The position numbers and the translations under genes were made by a program. This document shows, one piece after another, positions 29,501 through 43,000 of a DNA stretch of 64,000 nt. The stretch lies in contig JAAOMT010000289.1 of the NCBI GenBank assembly GCA_016748015.1, positions 383,639-447,638 on the forward strand, in the 5' to 3' direction. Numbering within the stretch: position 1 is the first letter of the stretch; every line of letters begins with the position of its first letter. The notes under the pieces were generated by a model. It searched no databases. It saw only the letters and a program-made list of their open reading frames with translations, and was not told the origin of the DNA. The stretch comes from Geosiphon pyriformis uo1. Its lineage: Eukaryota > Fungi > Glomeromycota.

Positions 29501-31883
29501 TAATTAAGACACTTATATCTAATAACACTTGACTATTTATAAACAAAGCAATTAAGCTGGATGTTAGAACATATTTTAGAACAAAAGCAATAACTTGCAG
29601 TTTTATTAGAGTTAAAGAAAACAAATCATATACTCTAATTCTTATATTTATATTAATATCTAAAAAGTAGACAGCAGTATTACCACAAGTGTGAACAGAC
29701 TCCAAACTCTTAACTAAACTATCTGTATAAACAACTATATTATTTAACTCATTTTTTATAAAATGTTTATTAAAATAACCAAATTTGCCAAAGCAAAAAC
29801 TAGAAAAAAAACAAAAAATCAAAGTACTATTACCAACCAAGCCACTATTTTTAATTAATTTAACCAGCAAACTAAACCAATTAGAAATCAGATCTCTGGA
29901 ATTCAGTTTTTTCTATTTGTGAAAATTGTTCTACATGAAACACTTGTTGTAACAATTTAAAAGCTGATTTGCAAAAATAATACCAAATTTTCTTAGCAAA
30001 CTCATTATTTTTATATATTATTCCAAGCCTAAAACATCTACAACAACAATATTACTGCTAACATAAAAAATATTTAACAAGTTATTATTTAAAAATAATT
30101 TACATATTGTTAAAGTGTTGGTTATATTGACCAAAAAACAATTTATAAGATTAATTAACAACTTAGTTAAAAAACATAAAGATTGCCAAAACATTCAGTT
30201 AACAGCTTGTAAATTCATAATTCTGTATTTAAACAATCTGCTAAGAATACTATTTAAATTGATAAAGATTACCAAATTTGCCAAAAAATTTTTTGCTTGC
30301 ATTTGTTTAAATGTCTTAAGACTATACAATTCAGAATAAAAAACAGCTTTATTAAAAAAATTCTTAAATAAATTGGTCTTAAGCTTCAATCTTTTTTTTA
30401 ATATTCTGTTCTATTTTTTATACATATTTACTAAAGTATTTATGAGATTTACTCTTTTTGGCTATAGAAATGTTTAAACTATTTATTAATAAACAAAGAA
30501 CTCTCACTTTTTAATTAATAGATATAACAACTGTTTTATTTGTATTAATAAAAATATTATTGATTTTAGAAATTTACTAACTATGTTTAAAATACACTAA
30601 GTAGTAAACATGTTATTTTTAATTCAAATTGTATTATCCACAAAGACATTTGCTATTAAAAAAAACATTTTGTTATCTTTGAAATTTTATCTGCCAATTT
30701 GTGTAAAAAATTTTAAATCTAATCTGTAACTATATAAATTGTTATGTTTTTTAATCTTACAAAATAAGAAATCATAAAAAATTATCCATAACAATGGCAA
30801 AAAAACTTTATTCTAATTCATCCTATTATAAACAGTATATTTTTTAGTAAGCCCAAATCTGTTATTACTTAATTGGTGTATACTTTTAAAAAACCTAATA
30901 AAATAAGAACACATCTTAATTTTAATTAAACTGTTTTTCAAATAATTCCATCTAACAGAATTATATATTTTATATATATTCTGGAGAACCAGCCACAGCT
31001 TTTTGTATTTTTTCAATGTATTTTTAATAACAGAACCAACAGCAAAAATAAGAATTTAAGTAGATGTGCCTTTCAAAACTGAAAAATTATTATCATACAA
31101 AACTTCAAAGTTACTACAGATTAGTAAGATTCTATTTAAAAAAATCTTAGATAAGATTTTTTAAGCAGTTTCAATCAAGACTATTAGTTTAATATTCATA
31201 AAAGTTTTTTTCCAATCATATGACTTTGGTATTATAGAAATTTAGGCTCTCTTTTACTGTATAAAAACCAAATCTAACATCAAATACATATTGAAAATAT
31301 TCAACAAACTACCTAAAACCTGTTTATTACTATGTTTTTAGAGCTTATTAAGAATACTAAAGAGATTAATAACTTTACTATTAGATAGATCTTTGACAAC
31401 TTGTAGAAATTCATCAAACTTAATATTACATATTATTTTTAAGAAAGCATTATTATTAATATGCTTTAGAAAAACATATTAATTAAATTATTAATTAGAC
31501 AAAATACTAAGCATTACATGCTTTCTTGTTTATTCTTCTATAATTGTATTAACTATAGATTTAATATTACATAACTCCAAAATTAATTAATTATTAACAA
31601 CTAAATAGTTAAATATCACTTTTTAAAATAGTCAATCTAAAATATTTCTAATCATTCTTTTTTTATTAGAACAAAAATTTTTTATATACTTGTCTATAGC
31701 TTTTCTAATAAGATTATTTTTGACAACTTTAAATTTATAATACTTGAATTTACAGTATTTTTTCTTGATTCTTAATAGGTAACATAAAATTTTTTTCAAA
31801 CTTTTGTCATTATTAATCATTGTTACTCATAAAAAAAAAACAAATATAGAAAAATAATAGACCAATAAGAGAGTAGTAATTAG

Positions 31884-32048
31884 CACATGAGCACATTGCT
31901 TAGCAATGTAAAGCAATGTCAGAAATCATGGCACATTGCTCAGCAATGTAGAGCAATGTCAAGAAAAAATGACACATTGCTTGAGAAATTATAGCATATT
32001 GCTTGAGAATATGAGCAATCTCATAGAACCCAAATTATGTATATATAG
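31884..32048 (+). promoter_or_regulatory. B/C-type LTR U3 motif array (ACATTGCT-N-AGCAATGT palindromes) plus TATATATAG box
   Basis: Repeated cacattgct(c/t)agcaatgt units ending ~20 nt before the TATA. Also present at 37738-37916, 57022-57220 and 61305-61460. Confidence 0.75.
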
Positions 32049-32656
32049 TGGTAGCATTAGAAGTAGAAAAGACAAACCTTTTAGTTTAGATTTTATCTAA
32101 GCCACCTTCTAATCCACAAATATCAATAAATAATTATTCTCTATCTTAAATCCACTCTCTATTATCAACACTTTATGTTGATAGTTATTAACACTTAACC
32201 ACCCTGGAACAATAGCTCTTGATCACAGCTATTGATAGAATATTAACTTGCACATTGCCTTGGCTTATTTCTTTATTTATTTTTATTATTTTTTTTCTTT
32301 GATTTTATTGTTGTATACTAATTGATTAGAGATTAAAGCACCGAGTTATTGACGTTACAAATAGTCTGGTAAAAGATCCAGAAATAAGGGTAGAATCATA
32401 TATACATTAACGGATAGCTTACCAGAAGGGCACGACTGTCAGAATAAACTGGGCACTATGCTAAAGACAGAAATTGGAAAAACAACTTATCAACCAACTA
32501 TATCATTATTGAATCTTTGTTTATTATACAAAGAACTCAACTTTAAAAACCTTTAGATACACCCCACATACCAGTATTATCAGCATTATCAAGATATTAA
32601 GCACCAAGTTATGGATTTGTTATTTGATTTGAGATCCCAAATAATTATCTGTAACA

Positions 32657-35600
32657 TTTAGTGCTCCCTGTGAAGTATAATCCTACAGAGAATCAGCACC
32701 AACAACAATCATCCAAAAGTGGCAAAATCAGAAAACATAAGAGCAAACCATTTAGGATTCGCTAAATCCTTGTTTCAATAGTACAGCCAACAATTAGGAT
32801 TAAACAATAACCACTTTTCAGCAGAATCCACCTTTAACTTCTACATCAACAATAAAATCACAGACTGTTTAAGAGGAACAGTTAACATTAAATCCACAAG
32901 AAAAAATTTTTATACAGAATTATTTTAACATACCAGCTTACCAAGAAATTATAGTTTTATACCAATCATTAGAGAAATTAATCAAACCATTGAAAGATAT
33001 ACACAACAACAATTCTCTATCACCTATGTAGACAAAGACAAAGGAAGGTTGCAAACACCAGCAGTAATACCAAAACAAATACAACCACTTACTTGGAAGA
33101 AAACCAAAGTTGAATCACCAACCAATCCATCATACTATTACACACCAGGAAGCACTATCAACATCTCATCAACAGGCATGTCCACATCACACATGACATT
33201 AACATTTGGCCAACTTTTATTTTAAAGTAAACAAAAGAAAGTAGAGTTACTAAGAACTTATGGCAATTACTTTGAGGGATTTAAATCACAATTACCAATG
33301 CCATCAGGATTCTGATCACCACCACCTCAATCAGATTTTGGAAACACAAGTCCCTGGGAGATAACGGAATCAGAAGAAGAGGAAGAAAAAAAAGCTGAAG
33401 ATCAAGAATTTATTTACCAGAACTCAATCTTAAAAAATCTGGAAGTTGAAATTCCAAACATTAAAACTCAGCAAACTCCAAATAATCTAAACCCCGAATT
33501 AATTAATCAAGAAAACTTACCTCCAGTAATCATTATCAACCAGTCACTAATTGGACTAATACTTGAACCAATCTCACAGCCGCCCCTTCAGCAACCTATT
33601 CAACCACTACTTCAACAACTCCAACAGCCACTTCAATAGCCACAACAACAACTGCAACCACCACAACAACAACAACTGAACTTAGATTTAATGGCCTATG
33701 CTCTAATAGCAAAACTAAAAAAGTTCACCAGCAAAGAAGATGACACCCAAATATGGCTCAATGACGTTGAAAAGACTATTATGGCCAATGGATGGAATAA
33801 CACGAGAGCTTTCCAAGCCATTTTTTATTTTCTCCAGAACACTATTGACTTATGGTATTAAAGTCTAGCCAACAAACTCCAGGATTTCAATGCATTTAAG
33901 CTTGCATTTCTATAATATTTTAGTAATAATAATAGCATCAACCAATTGGCAAACACTTTTACCACCATCAAGCAAGAAGAAACCAAAGCAGTCACTACTT
34001 ACTTAGAATGTTTTCACAGGAATTTACGTCAGATCCAAGCCATTAATGCCAATTATTTTACAGTGACTCAGATCCTAAATCAGTTTATTTGCAGATTACA
34101 TAGTAGCATTCTGCAATGCATACATCCAATTTATCCCATTGATCTGCAAGCAGCTGTCACAAACGCTAGAGATTTTGAAGCTGCTAAATTAGAAGCCACT
34201 CACACCCAAGCAGTAAATCTAGTAATGAACAGATCATCTGACTTGGATTCCAAATTGAAGCAATTCAGTGACTTAATAAATCAGAATTAGAGGGATACTT
34301 AGCTAACAATCATGCAATCTATCAACCTCCACAACAATGCAATAATCAAAGAAACACAAATTGTTTCCAAAATCAATTGCATTTATCATTGTCAACCAAT
34401 CAACAGTGGCAACAGGAAATGCATGTTTGTTACTATTGTGGTAAACAAGGGCACCTACAAATCAACTGCCACTGTCACTTATATAACCAATGATCAGGAA
34501 ATCAATATTGAAATCCTGATTGCTGGTTTCAAATTCCAAATAACCCACCAAACTCAGAACCATATCATCAGAATTACTTACCTATGACACAGCAACTACT
34601 TTATTAACCACCAGTATATTAAGTGCAAATTCATCAACCAATGACACCAGCAATTTATCAGCCACAGTCACAACCCATTTATTAGCTGTAGCCTCAGATA
34701 ATCTATCAGCCCTAACAAATTCAAACACTGCTACAGAACTTACCTCAAAATGGAACCCAAAGGTCAAGATTAACCCAACAAAGCTGGAGATCATCAATGG
34801 TAGTTCACCAACTGATTTCCAGTTCTTCCACACAACCAGTAGGATCTTGACAATAGAATTCGGACACTGGGTATGCCCAAAACCCAAATTCCCAAAACTA
34901 TTTAAGTTTCCTGGTTATCCCAGAAGACATCCAATCCAATAATCCGAAAACCAACCAACAAACAACACTTACTAGCAATATTTCCCCAGCTACTATTACT
35001 GAGAATAAATCACTGGATGCTATTTTCTCATTTGAACTCGAAGAACTGTTAACCACACTGTTATTTAGTGGAGCCACTCTAAAAAAAAACCTATTACTGC
35101 CATATACACTGATGTCAAAGTTGATGGCCACTCCATCAAACTGATTCTAGACAGTGCATCAACTGACAGCATCATCACAAGACAACTCATGGACCAATTA
35201 GGTCACTGAGTTGACCACACTGCTAGCACCAAGATCATAACCACTGATGGAGCAACCAAAACTCCCATTGGTGAGATTGACGACTTCCCTATTGAAGTCA
35301 ATGGTATTATTGTCCTAATCAAAGTATTAGTCATAGAAGCCACCCAATACCAAGCACTCGTTGGTAATAATTGGCTATCTAAAACCAACACATTGCTTAA
35401 TTGGAATACACAGAAGCTTCAAATTAGCCAAAACAGCCAACACACACGTATACTAACCATATATGGCCATTTCAAGACCACCAAATTGACAACACCACTC
35501 ATTGAGTTTGAGGAAGAAAAGAAAAAACCTACCTGAGAAGCCTATCAAGTGTTATGGGCTGAAGAAAATCACAACAAGTTACCATTAATACTCTCCTGGA

Positions 35601-37118
35601 ACAATAATAGAAAAAGGAAACAAAAGAAAAGACTTACCTGAAATGCTGACCAAGACTGAGAAACCAACAATGACTCAAATGAACTATCAACTTGGGAATA
35701 GAAAGAAACAGACAAAGAAAAAAGAAAAAAGAAGGAAGAAAATATAACTAAAGGAACCACCACCACAGAAGAAATAACTAGTGGCTGGGAAAGAGAATAC
35801 TTATGGAAACCAATCAAGAAGCCACCATATATACCTCTCAAATGTAAAGACTATGAGAAAAAACTTTCTTTTATGGGAGCTTGAGTCATGTCAAATGAAA
35901 ATTACTAGACACAAATCCACTATTATTGCAAGCCTTGCCACCACAAACACTATGACTACCCAAAAAAACAAGGTAAGTGGGACAACGAACCATGTCTTGC
36001 TTGTAGCAAACAACTACTGGATGAAGGAATGTGGAACAACATTCCTGGATGAGGAGGAATGTGTGATGCTTCATGCCAATACACAATTCTCATCAACGAT
36101 TGAGTGAGTCATGGTATGCTAATAACTGTCACCTGGCACTATGCAATATCTTGCTTAGACAGTTACCCACACGATGAAGACAAGATCTAGTGGATGACAA
36201 ATGCCAAAGTAGCAGGTGCCATGCTTAGCAAAATATTGGAAATCAAGAACAACCTTCCAGAGCCAGTCAACATTGTTCTGATTCCCAACCCAGATGCTTT
36301 TCTGGACTTGAAAGCAGGCCCAGAAGAATTCCATGAGCACTACCAAAATTTGGCACCAACAAGAGAGGAACAAGAGCAGTAATTAGTCCAAATAAACACC
36401 CAACTATGTGATCATTGTTTGATCCCATGTGACTTTTAATATTGTAATAAGTGTGATTTCATTTACAATCCACCACCACACATGATCTACACAATTCCAG
36501 AGAAGGAAGCAATCAGCAGCTGCACATTAGAATCAGAATCAACTTTCAATCCCAATTCAAACTCTGACAACAACAATGACAAAAATAATGGTTCCAGCTC
36601 TGCTCAATATGGCAATGAAGATAACAACAATTTGGACTCTAATTCAAACTCCGAAACATACATTACACTCCCTGATCTTATTAAAGAACAAGAACTCAAA
36701 TGGTTCAGTGATAATAATGAAGGTATTATGCCAGAATGCATACATAATACCAATGCAGGGTTTGATCTGAGATATTCAGGAAAATATTCCATCAAATTGG
36801 AACCACATTCGTGCATTTGTATTGATTTAAAAATAGCATTAGAAATTCTAGCAACGACAATAGTTCAACTAACATCCAGGAGTAGTTTAGCAAAAAAGGA
36901 GATCAACATCAGAGAAGAAATAATTAACACAAGATATGTAGAAAATATTATTGCTATGCTACAAAATGACTCAAAAAAAGCATACATCATAGATCCAAAT
37001 GAAAAGATAACACAGACAATTTTCCTATTGTTGGTGAAAATAGCTCAGCTAATGTCAGTGAAAAACAAGGAAGAATTAGGGATCACAGCTAGAGAGATAC
37101 AGAGATTTGGATCAACAG
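32657..37118 (+). pseudogene. Element B gag, protease, Cys-rich insert and dUTPase (5' half)
   Basis: MAYALIAKLKKFT capsid start at 33691, CYYCGKQGH knuckle, LILDSAS protease at ~35140, AGFDLRY/SRSSLAKK dUTPase at ~36750-37118. Confidence 0.9.
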
Positions 37119-37993
37119 TGTTACAAATAATTATTTGGGGTCTCAGATCAAATAACAAATCCATAACTTGGTGCTTAATATCTACTCTGATGGCTGATGG
37201 TGGTAATATTGATATGTTGTCTTTATCTAAAGATTTTGATTAAGAGTTCTTTGTATAATAGACAGAGATTCAATAATGAAATAGTTGGTTGGTGAGTAGT
37301 GTTCCCAATTTCTGTTTTCAGCTTGGTGGCCAGTTTATTTTGGTATTTGTGCCCTTCTGGTAAGCTATTTGTTAATATATATAATTTTACCCTTATTTCT
37401 GGGTCTTTTACCAGGCTATTTGTGATGTCAATTACTCAGCACTTTAATCCTTAATCAGTTAGTATACAACAATAAAAATAAAGAAATAAAAGAAAATAAA
37501 AAAATAAGCCAAGATAATATGCAAGCTAGTATCTTGTCAATAGCCATGATCAAAAACTATTGTTTTAGCATGGTTAAGTGTTAATTACTATCAACATGAA
37601 GTGTTGATAGTAAAGAGTAAATTTGGATGGTAAATAATTTATTTATTTAATATTTGTGGATGGAAAATTTCTAACTAAATGATTCTGCTCTTTCTATTTC
37701 TAACACTACTGCTATATATATATAATTGATGTTTTACAAGATCACTTACATTTCCAAGCAATATGCTATGATTTCTTGAGCAATGTGCTCTTATTTTCTA
37801 ACATCACTCCACATTGTTAAGCAATGTGCCGTGTTTTCTAACATTGCTCCACATTGCTAAGCAATGTGTCATGATTTCTATTATTACTCTACATTGCTGA
37901 GCAATGTGTTCACATGCTACATACTATTTGTTTATTGGTCTACTATTTTTCTTATATCTGTTTTTTTTTATAGGTAACATTATCTCCTCTTTT

Positions 37994-38629
37994 TTAATAT
38001 TAAGCTTCATTAAAATCTTCATTCTGAATTAGCTCTAATACTTTTTTTTCTAGTATTGTTTGTTCGACTTTATTTTTTATGTCTTTTACTTGTATATTGT
38101 TTATTCTTTCCCATTGGTTAATGGTTATGGTTTCCATGTCAGAATGTAATAGTATTTCTGGATAGTTCTGAAATATGTTGTGCAGTTAGTAAATTGTTTT
38201 TACATGTAGTGTTGAATTCATTTTTTTCCCAATAAATTCTTCAATTTGCTGTATTATGTTTTGGTTAAATATCCTCTTGGATTTGTCAATATACAACTCT
38301 TGAATATTCAACTTTTGACCTAACTAGTAGTAACAGTATAATATTGGAAGTTGTTCTGTCTATTGCTTCCAATTCTCTTTTGTAAGTTTTTCTGTTGGTG
38401 TCATAATAGGTATTTTCCCAAAAGTGTTTTTTACTTTTTCTATTATATTATCTGACCAGTTTTTATTATTCTTTGGTAACTGCTGATATGATGTATTTTT
38501 TGTCTTTCTTTTGGTGTTTCAATAGCAAATTGTTTGGTTGTTAACAATAATTTCTATGTCTAAAGGTTGTTGACTTAAGGCCTGGAATAATTGTTGAGCT
38601 ATGACATGAATATGATCTGGTATTTCTAT
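37994..38629 (-). pseudogene. Element C ORF3 (636 nt, same length as B)
   Basis: Close homologue of B ORF3, preceded by TATATAAAG at ~38664-38672. Confidence 0.8.
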
Positions 38630-38690
38630 TTTTTCTTGGTTGTCTTTGTCGCATATACTGTGTCTTTATATATTCTTTTATTGTTTGATT

Positions 38691-40050
38691 TTATGTGTTT
38701 GGTCCAATGATTATAATTGGTTCCAGATTTTGTGGAATCTTATTTGGTTGAACTAGTATTCGTTATACTTCCAATTGTGGAATGTTATTAGTAGATGATA
38801 ATATTATTTGGTGATATGGTTTCAGTCAATTACTATATGCTGCTTTGGTTAAAATTTTGTTGTCCCATCTTAATTTATAAGCTCTATTTCCAAGAATTTC
38901 TTCTATGTAAAATGGTCTATCCCATTTGGAGTTGAATTTTTCACTCCATTGTTTTTCCACTTTGGTATGATGTAGAAGTACTTTGTCTCTAATCTTAAAC
39001 TCAACTGGTTTGTTTGATAGTTGGTTATTGTGTCTTTTTTTTTGTTTTTCTTGTGACTTTTGAATATTATTAGCTGCTCTTTGTCGTTTGTTTTTTAGAG
39101 TTTCCATTAAGTTATATGTTCTTCTTAGCAATGTTTCCTGAAAATTGTCTTTAATTATTGGTTCTGTTGGATAAGTGTTGACTTTTATCTCAATTGGTAA
39201 TGTTGCTGTTCTACTGTATACTAATTCAAATAGTATTGCTTATGTAGTGTCATGCTTCATTGTTCGATAAGCAAATAATACTAATGATATAAACAAATCC
39301 CATTCATCCTGATTTTTTTGACTGATTTTGGCAATTGCTTTACACAATGTTCTGTTAAACCTCTCAACTAACCCATTTGTTTGTGGATAGTATGATGATG
39401 ATAATAGTCTTTTGATTTCAAACCTTTGACTTAATTTTGCTAATGTTTTGTTCACAAAGTGAGTTCCTTGATCTGATAATAGTTTTTTTGGACATCCATG
39501 TTGACAAATTAAATCTTAATAAACAAATTTGGCAACGGATTTTGCATCTGCTCTTTGAATGGCTTTTGTTTCTGGCCATTTAGTGAGATAGTCCATAGCT
39601 ACTGTGATATATTTGTTGCTTTTGCTGGTGATTGTTAATGGTCCGACCAAGTCAATTCCAATGTAATCAAATAGTTGTCTCACTTTGATTGGTTTTAATG
39701 GTTCACTTAGTCTTGTTCCACCTCTTTTCTAACAAGTATCACAATTCTAAACATATTGGATGATGTCTGAATACATCAATGGCCAATAATATCTCTTTCT
39801 GATTCTTTTCATGGTCACTTCTTTATAAAAATGTCCTACTGTTGGGTCTGAGTGCATGTTGAATAATATTGTCTTTTTTTCTGGTTCTGTGATTACTCTA
39901 GTTAGTTGATTTGGATTTCCTCTGTTCTTCCAGTAAAGTATATTTTGATGGTTGATAAAATATTTTGATTGTTGTTTTATGTTCCTTTGTTTTTTTTGAG
40001 ATAATTTCTCCTTGAACAATTGGGTATTTATATAATATTGAAGTTGTTGG
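38691..40050 (-). pseudogene. Element C integrase (ATG region removed by a small deletion between caaaaata repeats)
   Basis: MHSDPTVGHF, YPQTNGLVERFNRTL and KWDRPF; TAA at 38691-38693. Confidence 0.88.
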
Positions 40051-40071
40051 TATTTTTGGGTTGAAATGTTT

Positions 40072-43000
40072 TTAGATTTGTCTCATTTATAATAGTTCAT
40101 TAGTATTTCCATTGTCTTTTCCCTTTTTATAATGTACTGTATAATTAAATAGTAAAAGTTCTATTTTCTATCTGGCATAACAATCGTCTGCAAATTTTTG
40201 TTTTTGAATTAAAATCAATTCTTTGTGGTTAGTATATACATCAAACTTTTGACTTAAGTATTCCTTCCATTTAATAACAGCCCAATAGATAGCTAAGTGT
40301 TCTAGTGCTAGAGTTCCATAGTTCTTCTCAGCTGGATTTAAGTTTCTACTGGCATAAGTTACTGGATGTTTTCTTCCATTGGGTCCTTTCTGTGAGAGTA
40401 CTGCTCCCAATGCTTGGCCTGATACATTGGTGGTGATTATGAATGATTTGCTGTAGTCTGAATACATTAATACTGAAGCTTGGATAAGCTTTCTTCTTAA
40501 TATATCAAAAGCTTTTTGTTGAGCTTCTGTTCATTTATACTTCACATTCTTTGTTTGGAGTTGGTGTAATGGTTGAGCTATTTTGGAAAAGTCCTTAATA
40601 AAATGGCGGTAGTATCTGACAAATTCCAAGAATGCTCTCAATTCTGTAAAATTATTTGGTATTGGAAAGTTCTTGACAATCTCAATCTTGTCTGAATTTG
40701 TTTTTATTCCATCTTTGCTTACCACATGTCCCAAAAACTTGAGTTCAGTTTTTCCAAAGAAACATTTGGTCATATTTAACTTTAGTCCAGCTCTTTTTAA
40801 TCTTTCAAACACTTGTTGAAGATAATGCAGATGATCATCAAATGTTTTTGAGAACACATTGGTGTCATTCAAGTATATAACTACTGATTTCCATAGTAAT
40901 CCAGTATAGACAATATCCATGAGCTGTTGGAATGTTGCTGGAACATTCATCAAGTCAAATGACATGACTTCAAACTCAAAATTTTCTTCTCTTGTGGTGA
41001 ATGCTGTTTTTTCTTTGTTGGCTGGATCCATGACTACTTGCCAGTATTCACTATCTAGATTTAATATTGAGAACCATTTATTTCCTCCAAAAGTGTCGAA
41101 TAGTTCTTGGATCTTTGGAGTTGGATAACTATCTCTTTTGGTTACTCCATTCAGTTTCTGATAATCCACACAAAAATGGATTTTTCCATTTTTCTTCTGG
41201 ACTAGTACCACTGGTGATAACCATAGATTCATTGATGGCTGAATTAGCCTGTTGTCAAGCATCCAGTTGATTTCTTGACAAATGATCTCATGGCTAGCTG
41301 GTGGTACTCTGTATGCTCTTTGTTTAATTGACATTGTATTTCCAGTCTTGATCTGATGCTGGATGATGTTGGTTTGGCCAAATTCATTTTCACTAGCAAA
41401 GATGTCATTAAAATTGTTGAGTAACATCTTGAGTTGCATCCATTGAAGTGGATCTAGATTCCCTATGTTCATCTGTTCTAATTGTTTTGGTTGAAGCAGA
41501 TAATATTCACTTCTTCCATAAATGGTTTGTGATGTAATGTCCACATATTTGTAAAGTTGTAGAAAATCTGAAATGTGGTTTGATGGTTGATTCTCAACTT
41601 TGGTGGTTAAATATCCAATAATAGTTCTCTTTAGTATTTTGATGACTTTTTCCATTGTGTTATAGATGGGAATTTTGATGTTTTTGGGGCTTTTGGCTAA
41701 TATGTAGAGATTGGTAAGTTCAATCTTTCCTGATTCACAAATGGTGGCTTCTGCTTTAAACAATTGAACTTGATTCTTTACTTCCCTTTTTATAACTAAC
41801 ATATACTGGTTATATGGCAAAATAGAAATTGTTTGACAAATTGAGATAATTTCTCTTTTGTCAACAATTTTTTCCTCTGTTATATTGACTGGTATGTCTA
41901 TTCTACTCATTGATCTAAATCCCTGTATCCCTTTTGCTGTATACCTAGTTTTTTTTTTTTTCCTACTGAAATTAACTGAGCTATTTTCATCAGAGATAAG
42001 AATATTGTCTGTGCTATCTTTTCATTTGGTTCTATAATATAGGCCTTTTCTAAATCATTTTGTAGTATGGCAATGATATTTTCTACATATCTCACATTAA
42101 TTATTCTTCCTCTGATGTTGATTCCTTTTTTCACTAAATTACTCCTAGATGCTAATTGAACCATAGTTGTTGCTGAAATTTCCAGAGCTATTTTGAGATC
42201 AATACATGTGCACAAATTTGGTTCCAATTTGATGGTTTTTTTTCCCAGATATCTTAGATTAAACTCTGTGTTAGTATCATATGTGCATTCTGGCATAATA
42301 CCTTCATTATTATTATTATACCATTTGAGTTCCTGCTCCTTAGAGAGATTAGGAAATGCAATGTATATTTTGGGGTTTGAATCGGAGTCTGAATCATTGA
42401 TATTTTTGTTGTCATATTGTGTAGAGCTAGAATTATTGTTTTTATTGTCATCATTGTCAGAGTTTGAATCAGGATTAAAAACTGATTCCAATTCCAATGT
42501 GCAGTGACTGATTGGTTCGTCTTCTTCTGGAATTGTGTAGATCATACATGGTGGTGGATTGTAAATAAGGTCACACTCGTTACAGGGAATTAAACAATGG
42601 TCACATAGTCTTGTATTTATTTCTTCCAAGCATTGCTTTTGTTCTTCTCTCATAGGTGCTAGCTTTTGGTAATGTTTATAGAATTGTTTTAGATCTAGGA
42701 GATTTATAACTGGTTCTGGGTTCCAGTCAAGTTCTATAGGTTCAGGTGGGTTATTTTTAATCATTTTTATTTCTTTTGGAGTCGCTCCTTCAATTTTGGC
42801 AAGTGCTATTCACCAGATTTTGTCATTGTTATGTGGACACCCATCCAGATGTTTGACGGCTCATCTCTAAACAGTGTCTATGGGCATTTCTTTTCTCATC
42901 CAGTTACTTATGAGAATTATATATTGACACAATTTATTGCATGTTCTTTCTCACTTAGGAATGTCATTCCACATTCCTTTGTCCAGAAGAGTTTCTCCAC

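Noticed and set aside
31884-32020. Palindromic repeats with short spacers resembling a CRISPR array
   Set aside because: They lie inside eukaryotic LTRs, are duplicated with the LTR, have non-unique spacers and have no cas genes.
32458-32720. Gag ORF starting at an ATG inside the B 5'LTR and reading through the PBS
   Set aside because: It is in frame only in B. C and D differ by +1 and -1 nt, and the homologous U5 text is read in another frame in D.
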